64,000 nt of DNA, from NCBI GenBank assembly GCA_947166655.1, contig CAMVFC010000001.1:10390-74389 (forward strand), given 5' to 3'. The stretch is from an uncultured Prevotellaceae bacterium. GTDB lineage: Bacteria; Bacteroidota; Bacteroidia; Bacteroidales; Bacteroidaceae. Both the position numbers and the translations under genes were made by a program. Numbering within the stretch: position 1 is the first letter of the stretch; every line of letters begins with the position of its first letter. Shown here in pieces: positions 47,245 through 56,486 of the stretch. Below the pieces are notes generated by a model. The model was not told the origin of the DNA. It worked only from the letters and a program-made list of their open reading frames with translations, and did no database searches.

Positions 47245-47410
47245 AAAAAAAGAACGAGGAATGACGAATGATGAATGACGAATGACGAATGACGAATAAG
47301 TTTTTCTAATGGCTTTTGACACACTTACTGCCATCAAAAGTAATCCTTATTCGTCATTTGTCATTCGTCATTCGTCATTCATCACTCTTCATTCTTCACT
47401 CTTCATTAAG
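47245..47410 (-). terminator. Giant hairpin built of heptad tandem repeats (GAATGAC)n / (GTCATTC)n followed (minus strand) by a T7 tract; probable terminator of the pyrophosphatase gene
   Basis: Left arm 47256-47300 is GAG GAATGAC GAATGAT GAATGAC GAATGAC GAATGAC GAATAAG. Right arm from 47347 is CTTATTC GTCATTT GTCATTC GTCATTC GTCATTC ATCACTC.... The plus-strand run AAAAAAA at 47245-47251 becomes the T-run after the stem on the minus strand. Confidence 0.6.
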
Positions 47411-47439
47411 TTCTTCACTAAGATTACCACGTACAGCCC

Positions 47440-49632
47440 TTAGGAGAAAGCCACCGTCAGGCCTGCCATGACGATGCTGACCATGGACATGAGCTTGATG
47501 AGGATATTGAGCGAAGGGCCGCTGGTGTCCTTGAAGGGATCGCCGACGGTGTCGCCAACGATGGTGGCTTTATGGGCAAAGCTGCCCTTGCCGCCGAAGT
47601 TTCCCTCCTCCACCATCTTCTTAGCATTGTCCCAGGCACCGCCGGCATTGGCCATGAAGACGGCCAGCGTGAAGCCGCCGGCCAGCCCGCCGACAAGCAG
47701 ACCCAGCACGCCGGCCACGCCGAGCACCAGCCCCACGACGATGGGGATGGCGATGGCCAGCAGCGAGGGGAAGATCATCTCGTGCTGAGCGGCACGCGTG
47801 GAAATCTCGACGCACGAGCCATAGTCGGGCGTGGCCTGGCCCTCGAGGATACCTTTGATCTCGCGGAACTGGCGGCGCACCTCTTCGACCATCTTCTGTG
47901 CGGCACGTCCCACGGCTTCCATCGTCAGGCCACAGAACAGGAAGGCGGCCATGGCGCCGATGAAAGCGCCCACCAGCACGCGCGGGTTCATCAGGTTGAC
48001 CTGGAAATAGTTCATGAAGTCGGGGATGGTGGCGTCGGCAGCGCTGATGACCTCGCCGCGGAGGTTCGTCAACGTCGTGCCGGCACGTTCCATGGCAATC
48101 TTTATCTCCTCGATATAAGAGGCCAGCAGGGCCAGGGCCGTCAGGGCTGCCGAACCGATGGCGAAGCCTTTGCCCGTGGCGGCTGTCGTGTTGCCGAGGG
48201 CATCGAGGGCGTCCGTGCGATGGCGCACTTCCTCGCCCAGCTCGCTCATCTCAGCGTTGCCGCCGGCGTTGTCGGCGATGGGGCCATACGCGTCGGTGGC
48301 CAGCGTGATGCCCAGCGTGGAGAGCATGCCGACGGCAGCAATGCCAATGCCGTAGAGGCCCTTCGAGAGCGCCTCGGCCGACATCTGCATGTCGAAACCG
48401 TTGGCAAAGAGATAGCTGAGCATGATGGCCACGCCGATGGTGACAACGGGGATGCACGTCGAAATCATGCCCGTACCGATGCCCTTGATGATCACCGTGG
48501 CAGAGCCTGTCAGGCCAGCCTCGGAGATCTTCTGCGTAGGTTTGTAGGAGTGGGAGGTGTAGTACTCGGTCGCCTGCCCGATGATGACGCCGGCGGCCAG
48601 GCCGGTGACGACGGAGCAGGAGAGACCCAGCCAGTTGTCTATCCCTAACAGATAAAGGATGGCAAACGTCGCCACGGCGATGAGCGCCGCCGAGACGTTG
48701 GTGCCAACGGCCAGCGAGTGAAGCAGGTCGCGCATGGTAGCGCCTTCCTTCGTGCGCACCAGGTAAATGCCGAAGATGCTCAGGAAGACGCCCACGGCGG
48801 CTATCAGCATGGGGGCCACGACGGCTTTCATCTGCATCTCGCCGCTCATGGCAAAGGCTGTGGCGCCGAGGGCTGCCGTGGAGAGGATGCTTCCGCAGTA
48901 GCTCTCGTACAAGTCGGCCCCCATACCAGCCACGTCACCCACGTTGTCGCCCACGTTGTCGGCTATGGTAGCAGGGTTACGCGGGTCGTCCTCAGGGATG
49001 TCAGCCTCGACCTTTCCCACGATGTCGGCTCCCACATCGGCCGCCTTTGTGTAGATGCCGCCGCCCACGCGGGCAAACAAAGCCTGCGTCGAGGCGCCCA
49101 TGCCGAAGGTGAGCATGGTGGTGGTAATCGTGATGAGCGCCATGCGGTCGCCCTCATAGAACTGGCTCAGGATGATGAACCAAATGGCGATGTCGAGCAG
49201 TCCGAGGCCGACGACAGTCAAACCCATGACGGCACCGCTGCGGAAGGCAATGCGCAGACCGCCGTCGAGGCTGCGGCGGGCGGCATTGGCCGTACGGGCA
49301 CTGGCGTAGGTCGCCGTCTTCATGCCGAAGAAACCGGCCAGGCCGGAGAAGAAGCCGCCCGTGAGGAAGGCAAACGGCACCCACGGGTTCTGCCACTTCA
49401 GGACGTAGGCCATGAAGGCAAACACGATGGCCAGCACCACGAACACCAAGGTGACCACCTTGTACTGCTGCTTCAGATAGGCCATGGCGCCGCGGCGCAC
49501 ATGGCCCGCTATCTCACGCATCCGAGGCGTGCCCTCGTCCGCAGCCATCATCGTGCGGAAGAAGTAATAGGCCATGCCCAACGCCACGACGGACGCCACG
49601 GGCACGAGCCAGAAAGCTTGAGGTAAGTTCAT
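47440..49632 (-). CDS. hppA: Membrane-integral ion-translocating pyrophosphatase, K+-dependent type
   Basis: Motifs GGIYTKAADVGADIVGKVE, DNVGDNVGDVAGMGADL and GNTTAATGKGFAIGSAAL. The Ala in GNTTAA marks the K+-dependent subfamily. About 16 TM helices. Confidence 0.96.
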   Translation of the reverse strand: MNLPQAFWLVPVASVVALGMAYYFFRTMMAADEGTPRMREIAGHVRRGAMAYLKQQYKVVTLVFVVLAIVFAFMAYVLKWQNPWVPFAFLTGGFFSGLAGFFGMKTATYASARTANAARRSLDGGLRIAFRSGAVMGLTVVGLGLLDIAIWFIILSQFYEGDRMALITITTTMLTFGMGASTQALFARVGGGIYTKAADVGADIVGKVEADIPEDDPRNPATIADNVGDNVGDVAGMGADLYESYCGSILSTAALGATAFAMSGEMQMKAVVAPMLIAAVGVFLSIFGIYLVRTKEGATMRDLLHSLAVGTNVSAALIAVATFAILYLLGIDNWLGLSCSVVTGLAAGVIIGQATEYYTSHSYKPTQKISEAGLTGSATVIIKGIGTGMISTCIPVVTIGVAIMLSYLFANGFDMQMSAEALSKGLYGIGIAAVGMLSTLGITLATDAYGPIADNAGGNAEMSELGEEVRHRTDALDALGNTTAATGKGFAIGSAALTALALLASYIEEIKIAMERAGTTLTNLRGEVISAADATIPDFMNYFQVNLMNPRVLVGAFIGAMAAFLFCGLTMEAVGRAAQKMVEEVRRQFREIKGILEGQATPDYGSCVEISTRAAQHEMIFPSLLAIAIPIVVGLVLGVAGVLGLLVGGLAGGFTLAVFMANAGGAWDNAKKMVEEGNFGGKGSFAHKATIVGDTVGDPFKDTSGPSLNILIKLMSMVSIVMAGLTVAFS

Positions 49633-49727
49633 AAGGTTAAAGGTTTTATAGGTTGATAAGTTTATAGCATCGTCTATGTGTTCATCCGTTAAAAGGTTAT
49701 ATATTCATCCATTAATATGTTCGTCTG

Positions 49728-52139
49728 TCAGTCGACGAAGTACACGCGCTTGACGCGGGGCGAGACGGAGGTAAGAATCTCGTAGGGGATGGTGCCAATG
49801 GCAGCGGAGAGGACGCTGGGCGAAAGCTCAGGACCGAAGATGACAGCGGTGTCGCCCTCCTGGCAGTCTATGTCCGTGACGTCTATCATGCAGACGTCCA
49901 TGCAGATATTGCCCACATAGGGAGCCTTCTTTCCGTTCACCAGACAGTAGCCGTGCCCGCAGCCCAGGCCACGGTCCAAGCCGTCGGCATAGCCGATGGG
50001 CAGGGCTGCGATGCGGCTGTCGCGCGTGAGATGTCCGCGACGCGAGTAGCCCACGGTCTCGTCGGCCGGCACATCGTGAATCTGCAGGATGGTCGTCTTC
50101 AAAGTAGAGATGCACGTCAAGCGGTCCTCCTCGCCCTCGACGGGGTCGATGCCATAGAGGCCGAGACCGAGACGCACCATCTCGCAGTGGCGCTCGGGGA
50201 AGCGAGGGATGCCGGCAGAATTGCAGATGTGGCGCAGAATGCGGAAGGGGAAGGCTGCCTGCAACTGCTCTGCAGCTGCCGTAAAGAGTTCCCACTGGCG
50301 CAGAGAGAAAGCATCGAAATCCTCAGAGTCCGAACCCACGAAGTGAGAAAACACGGAGCGGGGGATGAGCGCCTGCTGGGCACGCAGGCGTTGGATAAGC
50401 AGGGGCATGTCATGTACGGGGTCGAATCCCAGACGGTGCATACCCGTATCCAGCTTAATGTGTATCGGGAAAGAGGTGATACCCTCGCGCTCGGCAGCGT
50501 GACAGAGCGCTTCGAGCAGACGGAAGCTGTACACCTCGGGCTCAAGATTGTACTCGAAGAGAGTGTGGAAGCTGGACATCTCGGGGTTCATGATCATGAT
50601 GTTGGCCGTGATACCCGCGCGACGCAGCTCGACGCCCTCATCGGCTACGGCCACGGCCAGATAGTCGACACGATGGTCTTGAAGCGTCTTGGCCACCTCG
50701 ACAGCACCGGCTCCATAGGCAGAAGCCTTCACCATGCACACCAGCTTGGTCTCGGGTTTCATGAACGAGCGGTAGTAGTCCAGATTGTCCACTACGGCCG
50801 AGAGGTTCACTTCGAGCACTGTCTCGTGAACTTTCTGCACGAGGGCATCGGCGATACGGTCGAAGCGGGCCTGACGGGCGCCCTTGATGAGGACGACGCG
50901 GTCGCGCAAGTCGGCAAAGACAGACGATGCCAGGAAGGCTTCGACAGAGGGGAACAGGGAGCGATGCCCATTCTCAACGTTTGCCAGGCCGGCACTGACT
51001 TCGCGACCGATGCCAATCAGTTCGTCCACGCCGTACTCGTCGGCCAGGCGTACGACCTGGGCATAGAGGTCGGTCAGCGTGAGGCCCGTCTGCTTGATGT
51101 CGGAAAGAATCAGCGTGCGACGACGGCCGGCAGCATCGGGACGACGGCGCATAAAGTCGAGAGCGATCTCAAGGGAAGCCAGATCGCTATTGCAAGTGTC
51201 TGTGATCAGGGTGCAGCCCGCGCGTCCTTCCTTCACCTCGAGGCGCATGGCCACAGGCTCGAGACGCGCCACACGCTCGCGAATCGTAGGCTCATCGAGA
51301 CCCAGATAGCGGCACACGCAGACGCAATGGGCTATGTTCTCCCGGCTGGCAGCATCGAGGTGCAGGGAAGCATCCGACGCGAAGTAAGAGGACAGGCCCT
51401 CGTCCTTCATGCTCCAGCCTATCAGCTGTCCCTGAAAGCCGCTCTTGCGGATACATTCTTCCACTATCTCGTCGTCGGCATTAAAGATCAGGGCTTTGGC
51501 GTGACGGAACAACCGCAGTTTCTCGCGGCATTTCTCCTCGCGGCTGGCGAAGTTCTCGTCGTGGGCAGGACCCAGGTGGGTGAGCACGCCGAGCGTCGGC
51601 TGGATAATGGCTTCGAGGGCTTCCATCTCGCCTGGTTCGCTGATGCCGGCTTCAAAGAGGCCCAACTGCGTCTCTGAAGTCAGGCGCCACACCGAGAGAG
51701 GAACACCAATCTGCGAGTTCCACGAGCGCGGCGAACGGGTGATATTGAAGTCGGGCGCCAGCAGTTGGTAGAGCCACTCCTTGACGATGGTCTTACCATT
51801 GCTGCCAGTGATGCCGATGATGGGACACTCAAACTCTTCACGATGACGCTCTGCCAGGCGTTGTAAGGCCCTCAAAGGCGAGGGTACCAGCAGATAATTA
51901 GCGTCTGGCTCGGGGCACTCGGGCAGCTGACTCACTACGAAAGCGCGCACGCCACGCCGGTAGAGTTCGGGAATGTAACGATGTCCGTCGTTCTTCTGCG
52001 TACGGATGGCAAAGAAAAGGGTCGTCTCAGGAAAGACGAGCGAGCGGCTGTCTGTCAGCAGCCAGTCCACAGAGGCATCGGCCGTGCCCGTTCGATGAGC
52101 GCCGATGAGTGTGGATATCAATGAGATTGAATAGGTCAT
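49728..52139 (-). CDS. murF-alr: Bifunctional UDP-MurNAc-tripeptide:D-Ala-D-Ala ligase (MurF) / alanine racemase (Alr)
   Basis: The N-terminal half has the Mur ligase P-loop GITGSNGKT. The C-terminal half has the Alr PLP-lysine context MVKASAYGAGA plus barrel and C-terminal domains. Confidence 0.92.
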   Translation of the reverse strand: MTYSISLISTLIGAHRTGTADASVDWLLTDSRSLVFPETTLFFAIRTQKNDGHRYIPELYRRGVRAFVVSQLPECPEPDANYLLVPSPLRALQRLAERHREEFECPIIGITGSNGKTIVKEWLYQLLAPDFNITRSPRSWNSQIGVPLSVWRLTSETQLGLFEAGISEPGEMEALEAIIQPTLGVLTHLGPAHDENFASREEKCREKLRLFRHAKALIFNADDEIVEECIRKSGFQGQLIGWSMKDEGLSSYFASDASLHLDAASRENIAHCVCVCRYLGLDEPTIRERVARLEPVAMRLEVKEGRAGCTLITDTCNSDLASLEIALDFMRRRPDAAGRRRTLILSDIKQTGLTLTDLYAQVVRLADEYGVDELIGIGREVSAGLANVENGHRSLFPSVEAFLASSVFADLRDRVVLIKGARQARFDRIADALVQKVHETVLEVNLSAVVDNLDYYRSFMKPETKLVCMVKASAYGAGAVEVAKTLQDHRVDYLAVAVADEGVELRRAGITANIMIMNPEMSSFHTLFEYNLEPEVYSFRLLEALCHAAEREGITSFPIHIKLDTGMHRLGFDPVHDMPLLIQRLRAQQALIPRSVFSHFVGSDSEDFDAFSLRQWELFTAAAEQLQAAFPFRILRHICNSAGIPRFPERHCEMVRLGLGLYGIDPVEGEEDRLTCISTLKTTILQIHDVPADETVGYSRRGHLTRDSRIAALPIGYADGLDRGLGCGHGYCLVNGKKAPYVGNICMDVCMIDVTDIDCQEGDTAVIFGPELSPSVLSAAIGTIPYEILTSVSPRVKRVYFVD

Positions 52140-53098
52140 GGTTCGATATGGTATTTTTCCATAATGGCATTAACTTGTTCCTGTGTGCGCTCGCGGAAGC
52201 GAATGGCAGCCGGCGACTCAGGGTCGTCCGGCCGATGCAGCAGGGCCTTGCGAATCGGTTCGTAGTCGACGAGGAAGCGGTGCGTCTCGGCATCCAGCCA
52301 CCGGTCGGCAAAGCGTTCCCAGATATAGTCCACCGCCTGCGGTGAAGGATGCAGCATGTCGACGTCAAAGAAGCGGTAGTCGCGCAGCTCATCGAGTTGA
52401 ATCTCGTAGGCAGGGAAGTAGCTTGCCTGCTCCGGCCGGCGACGAACCACCTCGTCCACCGCCAGCAGCAGCACCGACTTGGCCAACCGGCTCTCGTGAA
52501 ATCCGTATTTGGAATAGCGGTATGGCGAGACGGTCAAGATAATCTGCGACTGGGGAAACAGGCTACAGATGCGGTCCAGCGCATCGGCAGCCTCGGCCAC
52601 CGACAGGTTACGCTCCACGAACTCGGCCTGCGGACGCTTGTGGCAATTACCGACCACAAGGGAAGGAGCGCCGGCAGGCGAGGCGTCGGCCGCAGCATCT
52701 GCCGGACAGGCGGGGCGTTCGTAATAGCGATTGGTGCCCAGGGTGATGATCAGCGTGTCGGGATTCCAGCCGAACAGACGTCCGCGCGCCGAGAGAATCC
52801 CGGCCTGACACGCCTCACGCGTCGATGCGTTCTTTGAGCTGTCGGCCAGCCAGCAGTGCCATCGCCCGTCCTCATCAGCAAAATACAGAGCATCCTCCAT
52901 CAGGTTTTGCGTCAACATCTGGAGGATGCTCAGTGGGTTATACAGCACACCAAAGGGATTGACCAAGGCTGGCAAGCCACTCTGGCGCATCTTCTGTCCT
53001 ATCTTCTCAGCGAAACACGAGCCGATGAAGGCGATGTGATTACGAAGTCCCAAGAGGCGCTTCGGCTGAGGTATTTCTATCGTCGTTTGTAATTTCAT
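52136..53098 (-). CDS. GSCFA-domain protein
   Basis: Eponymous motif IAFIGSCFAEKIG. The stop overlaps the murF-alr start (ATGA). Start placed at ATG 53098 (MKLQTT...), not the ORF-track 53113. Confidence 0.85.
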   Translation of the reverse strand: MKLQTTIEIPQPKRLLGLRNHIAFIGSCFAEKIGQKMRQSGLPALVNPFGVLYNPLSILQMLTQNLMEDALYFADEDGRWHCWLADSSKNASTREACQAGILSARGRLFGWNPDTLIITLGTNRYYERPACPADAAADASPAGAPSLVVGNCHKRPQAEFVERNLSVAEAADALDRICSLFPQSQIILTVSPYRYSKYGFHESRLAKSVLLLAVDEVVRRRPEQASYFPAYEIQLDELRDYRFFDVDMLHPSPQAVDYIWERFADRWLDAETHRFLVDYEPIRKALLHRPDDPESPAAIRFRERTQEQVNAIMEKYHIEP

Positions 53099-53102
53099 GC
53101 TG

Positions 53103-53110
53103 CAAAGATA
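53103..53110 (-). promoter_or_regulatory. Candidate -7 box TATCTTTG (minus strand) for GSCFA/murF-alr
   Basis: The plus strand reads CAAAGATA, only 5 nt upstream of ATG 53098, which would imply a leaderless or near-leaderless mRNA. Confidence 0.3.
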
Positions 53111-53154
53111 CACCTTTTTTATGATTTAGCGCACGACAAATCATAAATTATGAC

Positions 53155-53162
53155 TATCTTTG
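53155..53162 (+). promoter_or_regulatory. Candidate -7 box TATCTTTG for dxs
   Basis: Matches TAnnTTTG, 18 nt upstream of ATG 53180. It lies inside the ORF-track N-terminal extension (53150), which favours the 53180 start. Confidence 0.45.
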
Positions 53163-53179
53163 CAGCGCAAACATATCTT

Positions 53180-55081
53180 ATGAAAGAAAATAAGCCCAAC
53201 GAATATACCCTTTTGCAGCAAATACAGCTGCCAAAGGACCTACGTAGCCTCCCGTTGAAGGACCTGCCCGAGGTGTGCAGGGAACTACGCAAGGACATTA
53301 TTGCCGAAGTGGCCGACAATCCCGGACACTTTGCTTCGAGCCTCGGCGTCGTCGAGTTGACGGTTGCACTGCATTATGTCTTCGACACGCCCTACGACCG
53401 CATCGTCTGGGATGTCGGTCATCAGGCTTATGGACATAAGATCCTCACAGGACGGCGCGAAGCATTCTCCACCAATCGCCATCTCCACGGCATCAAGCCC
53501 TTCCCTTCGCCCGAAGAGAGCGAGTACGATGCCTTCACAGCCGGGCACGCCAGCAACAGCATCTCGGCGGCACTCGGTATGGCTCTGGCTGCCAAGGCTA
53601 AGGAAGAAGAGCATCGGCACGTGGTGGCCGTCATCGGAGACGGGTCGATGAGCGGCGGTCTGGCCTACGAAGGTCTGAACAACGCTGCCAACACACCCAA
53701 CGACGTGCTCATCATCCTTAACGACAACAACATGAGTATCGACCGCAGCGTCGGCGGCATGAAGAACTTGCTGCTTCGTCTGCAGACCAGTCACACCTAT
53801 AACAGATGGCGCGACCGCGCGGCTCGCAAGATGTTCTCCTGGGGATGGCTCGACGAAAGACGCAGGCGCAGCATCCTCCGCTTCAACAATTCCGTGAAAT
53901 CGTTCCTCACCCGACAGCAGAATGTCTTTGAGGGAATGAACATCCGCTACTTCGGCCCTGCCGACGGGCACGACGTCATCGAACTCGTGAAGACCCTGCG
54001 CGTCATCAAGGACATGCGGGGCCCCAAGCTATTCCATATCCACACTATCAAGGGAAAGGGCTTCGAGCCGGCCGAGCACGGAGGCGCCGTCTGGCACGCA
54101 CCGGGCAAGTTCGACCCGCAGACCGGCCAACTGATTCGCTGCGACGAGACGGGAATGCCGCCTAAGTTCCAGGATGTCTTCGGAAAGACGCTTCTCGAGC
54201 TGGCCCGGTCGAACGAGCGCATCGTGGGCGTCACGCCGGCCATGCCGTCGGGTTGCTCCATGAACATCATGATGGAAGCCATGCCCAACCGCGCTTACGA
54301 CGTAGGCATTGCCGAGGGACACGCCGTCACTTTCTCTGCCGGCATGGCAAAAGACGGGCTGCAGCCGTTCTGCAACATCTATTCCAGCTTTGCCCAGCGC
54401 GCCTACGACAACCTCATCCACGACGTCTGCATCTCGCGGCTGAACGTGGTGCTCTGCCTGGACCGTGCCGGATTGGTCGGCGAAGACGGGCCCACACACC
54501 ATGGCGCTTTCGACCTGGCTTACCTGCGTCCCATCCCCCACCTCACCATCGCTTCGCCGATGGACGAGCACGAACTGCGCCATTTGATGTACACTGCTCA
54601 GCTGCCCGACCGCGGGCCTTTCGTCATTCGCTATCCGCGCGGACGCGGTTCGCAAGTCGACTGGCAGTGTCCGATGCACGAGATTCCCATCGGACACGGG
54701 CGCAAGCTGAAGGACGGAGCCGACGTCGCCGTGCTCACCATCGGGCCGATTGGCGTGACAGCACAGGAAGCCATCCGTCAGGCCGAGGCAGAACGTCCAG
54801 GGCTGACCGTGGCACACTACGACATGCGCTTCCTCAAGCCCCTCGATGACCGGTTGCTCACGGAGGTGGCCGCACGCTTCCGCCGCGTGATCACCATCGA
54901 GGACGGCGTGCGCACGGGCGGCCTGGGCAGTGCCGTGCTCGAGTGGATGTCCGACCATGGGGCGGCTCCGCACGTCATCCGGCTGGGGCTGCCCGACCAT
55001 TTCGTCGAGCACGGAACCATACAAGAACTCCATCGTCTCTGCGGCATCGACGCGGAAAGCATCAAAAAGGCCATCTTATGA
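53180..55081 (+). CDS. dxs: 1-deoxy-D-xylulose-5-phosphate synthase
   Basis: Motifs [47 protein letters not shown] and [14 protein letters not shown]. Confidence 0.96.
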   Translation: MKENKPNEYTLLQQIQLPKDLRSLPLKDLPEVCRELRKDIIAEVADNPGHFASSLGVVELTVALHYVFDTPYDRIVWDVGHQAYGHKILTGRREAFSTNRHLHGIKPFPSPEESEYDAFTAGHASNSISAALGMALAAKAKEEEHRHVVAVIGDGSMSGGLAYEGLNNAANTPNDVLIILNDNNMSIDRSVGGMKNLLLRLQTSHTYNRWRDRAARKMFSWGWLDERRRRSILRFNNSVKSFLTRQQNVFEGMNIRYFGPADGHDVIELVKTLRVIKDMRGPKLFHIHTIKGKGFEPAEHGGAVWHAPGKFDPQTGQLIRCDETGMPPKFQDVFGKTLLELARSNERIVGVTPAMPSGCSMNIMMEAMPNRAYDVGIAEGHAVTFSAGMAKDGLQPFCNIYSSFAQRAYDNLIHDVCISRLNVVLCLDRAGLVGEDGPTHHGAFDLAYLRPIPHLTIASPMDEHELRHLMYTAQLPDRGPFVIRYPRGRGSQVDWQCPMHEIPIGHGRKLKDGADVAVLTIGPIGVTAQEAIRQAEAERPGLTVAHYDMRFLKPLDDRLLTEVAARFRRVITIEDGVRTGGLGSAVLEWMSDHGAAPHVIRLGLPDHFVEHGTIQELHRLCGIDAESIKKAIL

Positions 55082-56457
55082 AAATCATCATCGCCGGCGC
55101 AGGCGCCGTGGGCAGCCACCTCGCCGCCTTACTTTCCAAGGAGAACCACGACATCGTCGTCCTGGACGAGGATGCCGACAAGCTGGCCAACGCCACCGGC
55201 GAGCTCGACGTGATGACGCTCTGCATCAAGCCTACGAGCATCCGCGGGCTGAAAGAAGCCGGCACGCCGCAGGCCGACCTTTTCATCGCCGTCACGCCTT
55301 CCGAGACCAAGAACCTGACCTGCTGCACCCTGGCGCACCACCTGGGAGCGCGCAAGACCGTGGCCCGTATCGACAATGCCGAATACCTGCAGCCGAAGAA
55401 CGCCGCGTTCTTCTCGTCCTCCGGCATCGAGTCGCTCATTTACCCCGAGGTGCTGGCCGCCCAGGAGATTGCCGAAGGGGTGAAACGCTCGTGGGTCAGA
55501 CAATACTGGGAGGTGCGCGACGGGGCGCTCATCATCCTGGGTATCAAGCTGCGCGAAGAGGCCTCCAGCCTCTACGGCAAGCAGCTGAAAGACCTCTGCC
55601 CCCCGGATTCGCCCTACCATATCGTTGCCATCAAGCGCGACGAGACAACCATCATCCCCGGCGGCTTTGACGAGCTCTGCCAGGGCGACATCGCCTACTT
55701 CATGACCACCAAGAAGTATGTGCCCTACATCCGCCAGCTCGTGGGCAAAGAGAGCTACCCCGACGTCCGTAAACTGATGATTATGGGCGGCGGACGCATT
55801 GCCGTGCAGACCTGCCGCCTGCTGCCCGACTACATGAATGCCAAGATCATCGAGCGCGACTACAACCGCTGTCGTCAGCTGGCCGACGTGCTGGAGAACG
55901 ACGATGTGATGGTCATCAACGGCGACGGCCGAGACACCCAACTGCTGCTCGACGAAGGCATCCGGACGACACAGGCTTTCTGCGCCCTCACGCCGGAGAC
56001 CGAGACCAACATCCTGGCCTGCCTGGCCGCCAAGCGCATGGGCGTCCGCAAGACGGTGGCGCTGGTGGAAAACAACGAATACATCACGATGGCCGAGAAG
56101 CTCGACATCGGCACTATTATTAATAAGAAGAGCATCGCCGCCAGCCACATCTACCAGATGCTGCTCGAGGCCGATGTGGCCAGCGTGAAGAGCCTGACCA
56201 TCGCCGATGCCGATGTGGCCGAGTTCGACGTCGTCGAAGGCGCGCTTGTCACCCAGCAGCCTGTCATGAAGCTGTCCCTGCCCAAGGGCATCACCCTCGG
56301 CGGACTGGTCCGCAACGGCGAAGGCGTGCTCATCAACGGCCACACACAGATACAGCCCGGCGATCACGTCGTCGCCTTCTCGCGTACGGCGATGTTCAAG
56401 CAGCTGGACCGCTACTTCAGCAAGCCCAAGGAGGGCTTGTTCAGTATATTTCATTAA
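55078..56457 (+). CDS. trkA: Trk-system potassium uptake protein TrkA (two RCK/NAD-binding domains)
   Basis: [16 protein letters not shown] (GxGxxG) and a second Rossmann start [12 protein letters not shown]. The start overlaps the dxs stop (ATGA at 55078-55081). Confidence 0.9.
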   Translation: MKIIIAGAGAVGSHLAALLSKENHDIVVLDEDADKLANATGELDVMTLCIKPTSIRGLKEAGTPQADLFIAVTPSETKNLTCCTLAHHLGARKTVARIDNAEYLQPKNAAFFSSSGIESLIYPEVLAAQEIAEGVKRSWVRQYWEVRDGALIILGIKLREEASSLYGKQLKDLCPPDSPYHIVAIKRDETTIIPGGFDELCQGDIAYFMTTKKYVPYIRQLVGKESYPDVRKLMIMGGGRIAVQTCRLLPDYMNAKIIERDYNRCRQLADVLENDDVMVINGDGRDTQLLLDEGIRTTQAFCALTPETETNILACLAAKRMGVRKTVALVENNEYITMAEKLDIGTIINKKSIAASHIYQMLLEADVASVKSLTIADADVAEFDVVEGALVTQQPVMKLSLPKGITLGGLVRNGEGVLINGHTQIQPGDHVVAFSRTAMFKQLDRYFSKPKEGLFSIFH

Positions 56458-56486
56458 CCCTTTTTATTCACCCTAAAAACTTTGTT

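Noticed and set aside
49633-49727. AT-rich spacer upstream of hppA with short direct repeats (ATAAGGTT, AAAGGTT, ATAGGTT, ATAAGTT; TTCATCC x2), considered as a regulatory repeat array.
   Set aside because: The repeats are short, degenerate and expected by chance in a 95-bp AT-rich promoter region. No TAnnTTTG box or palindrome could be aligned confidently.
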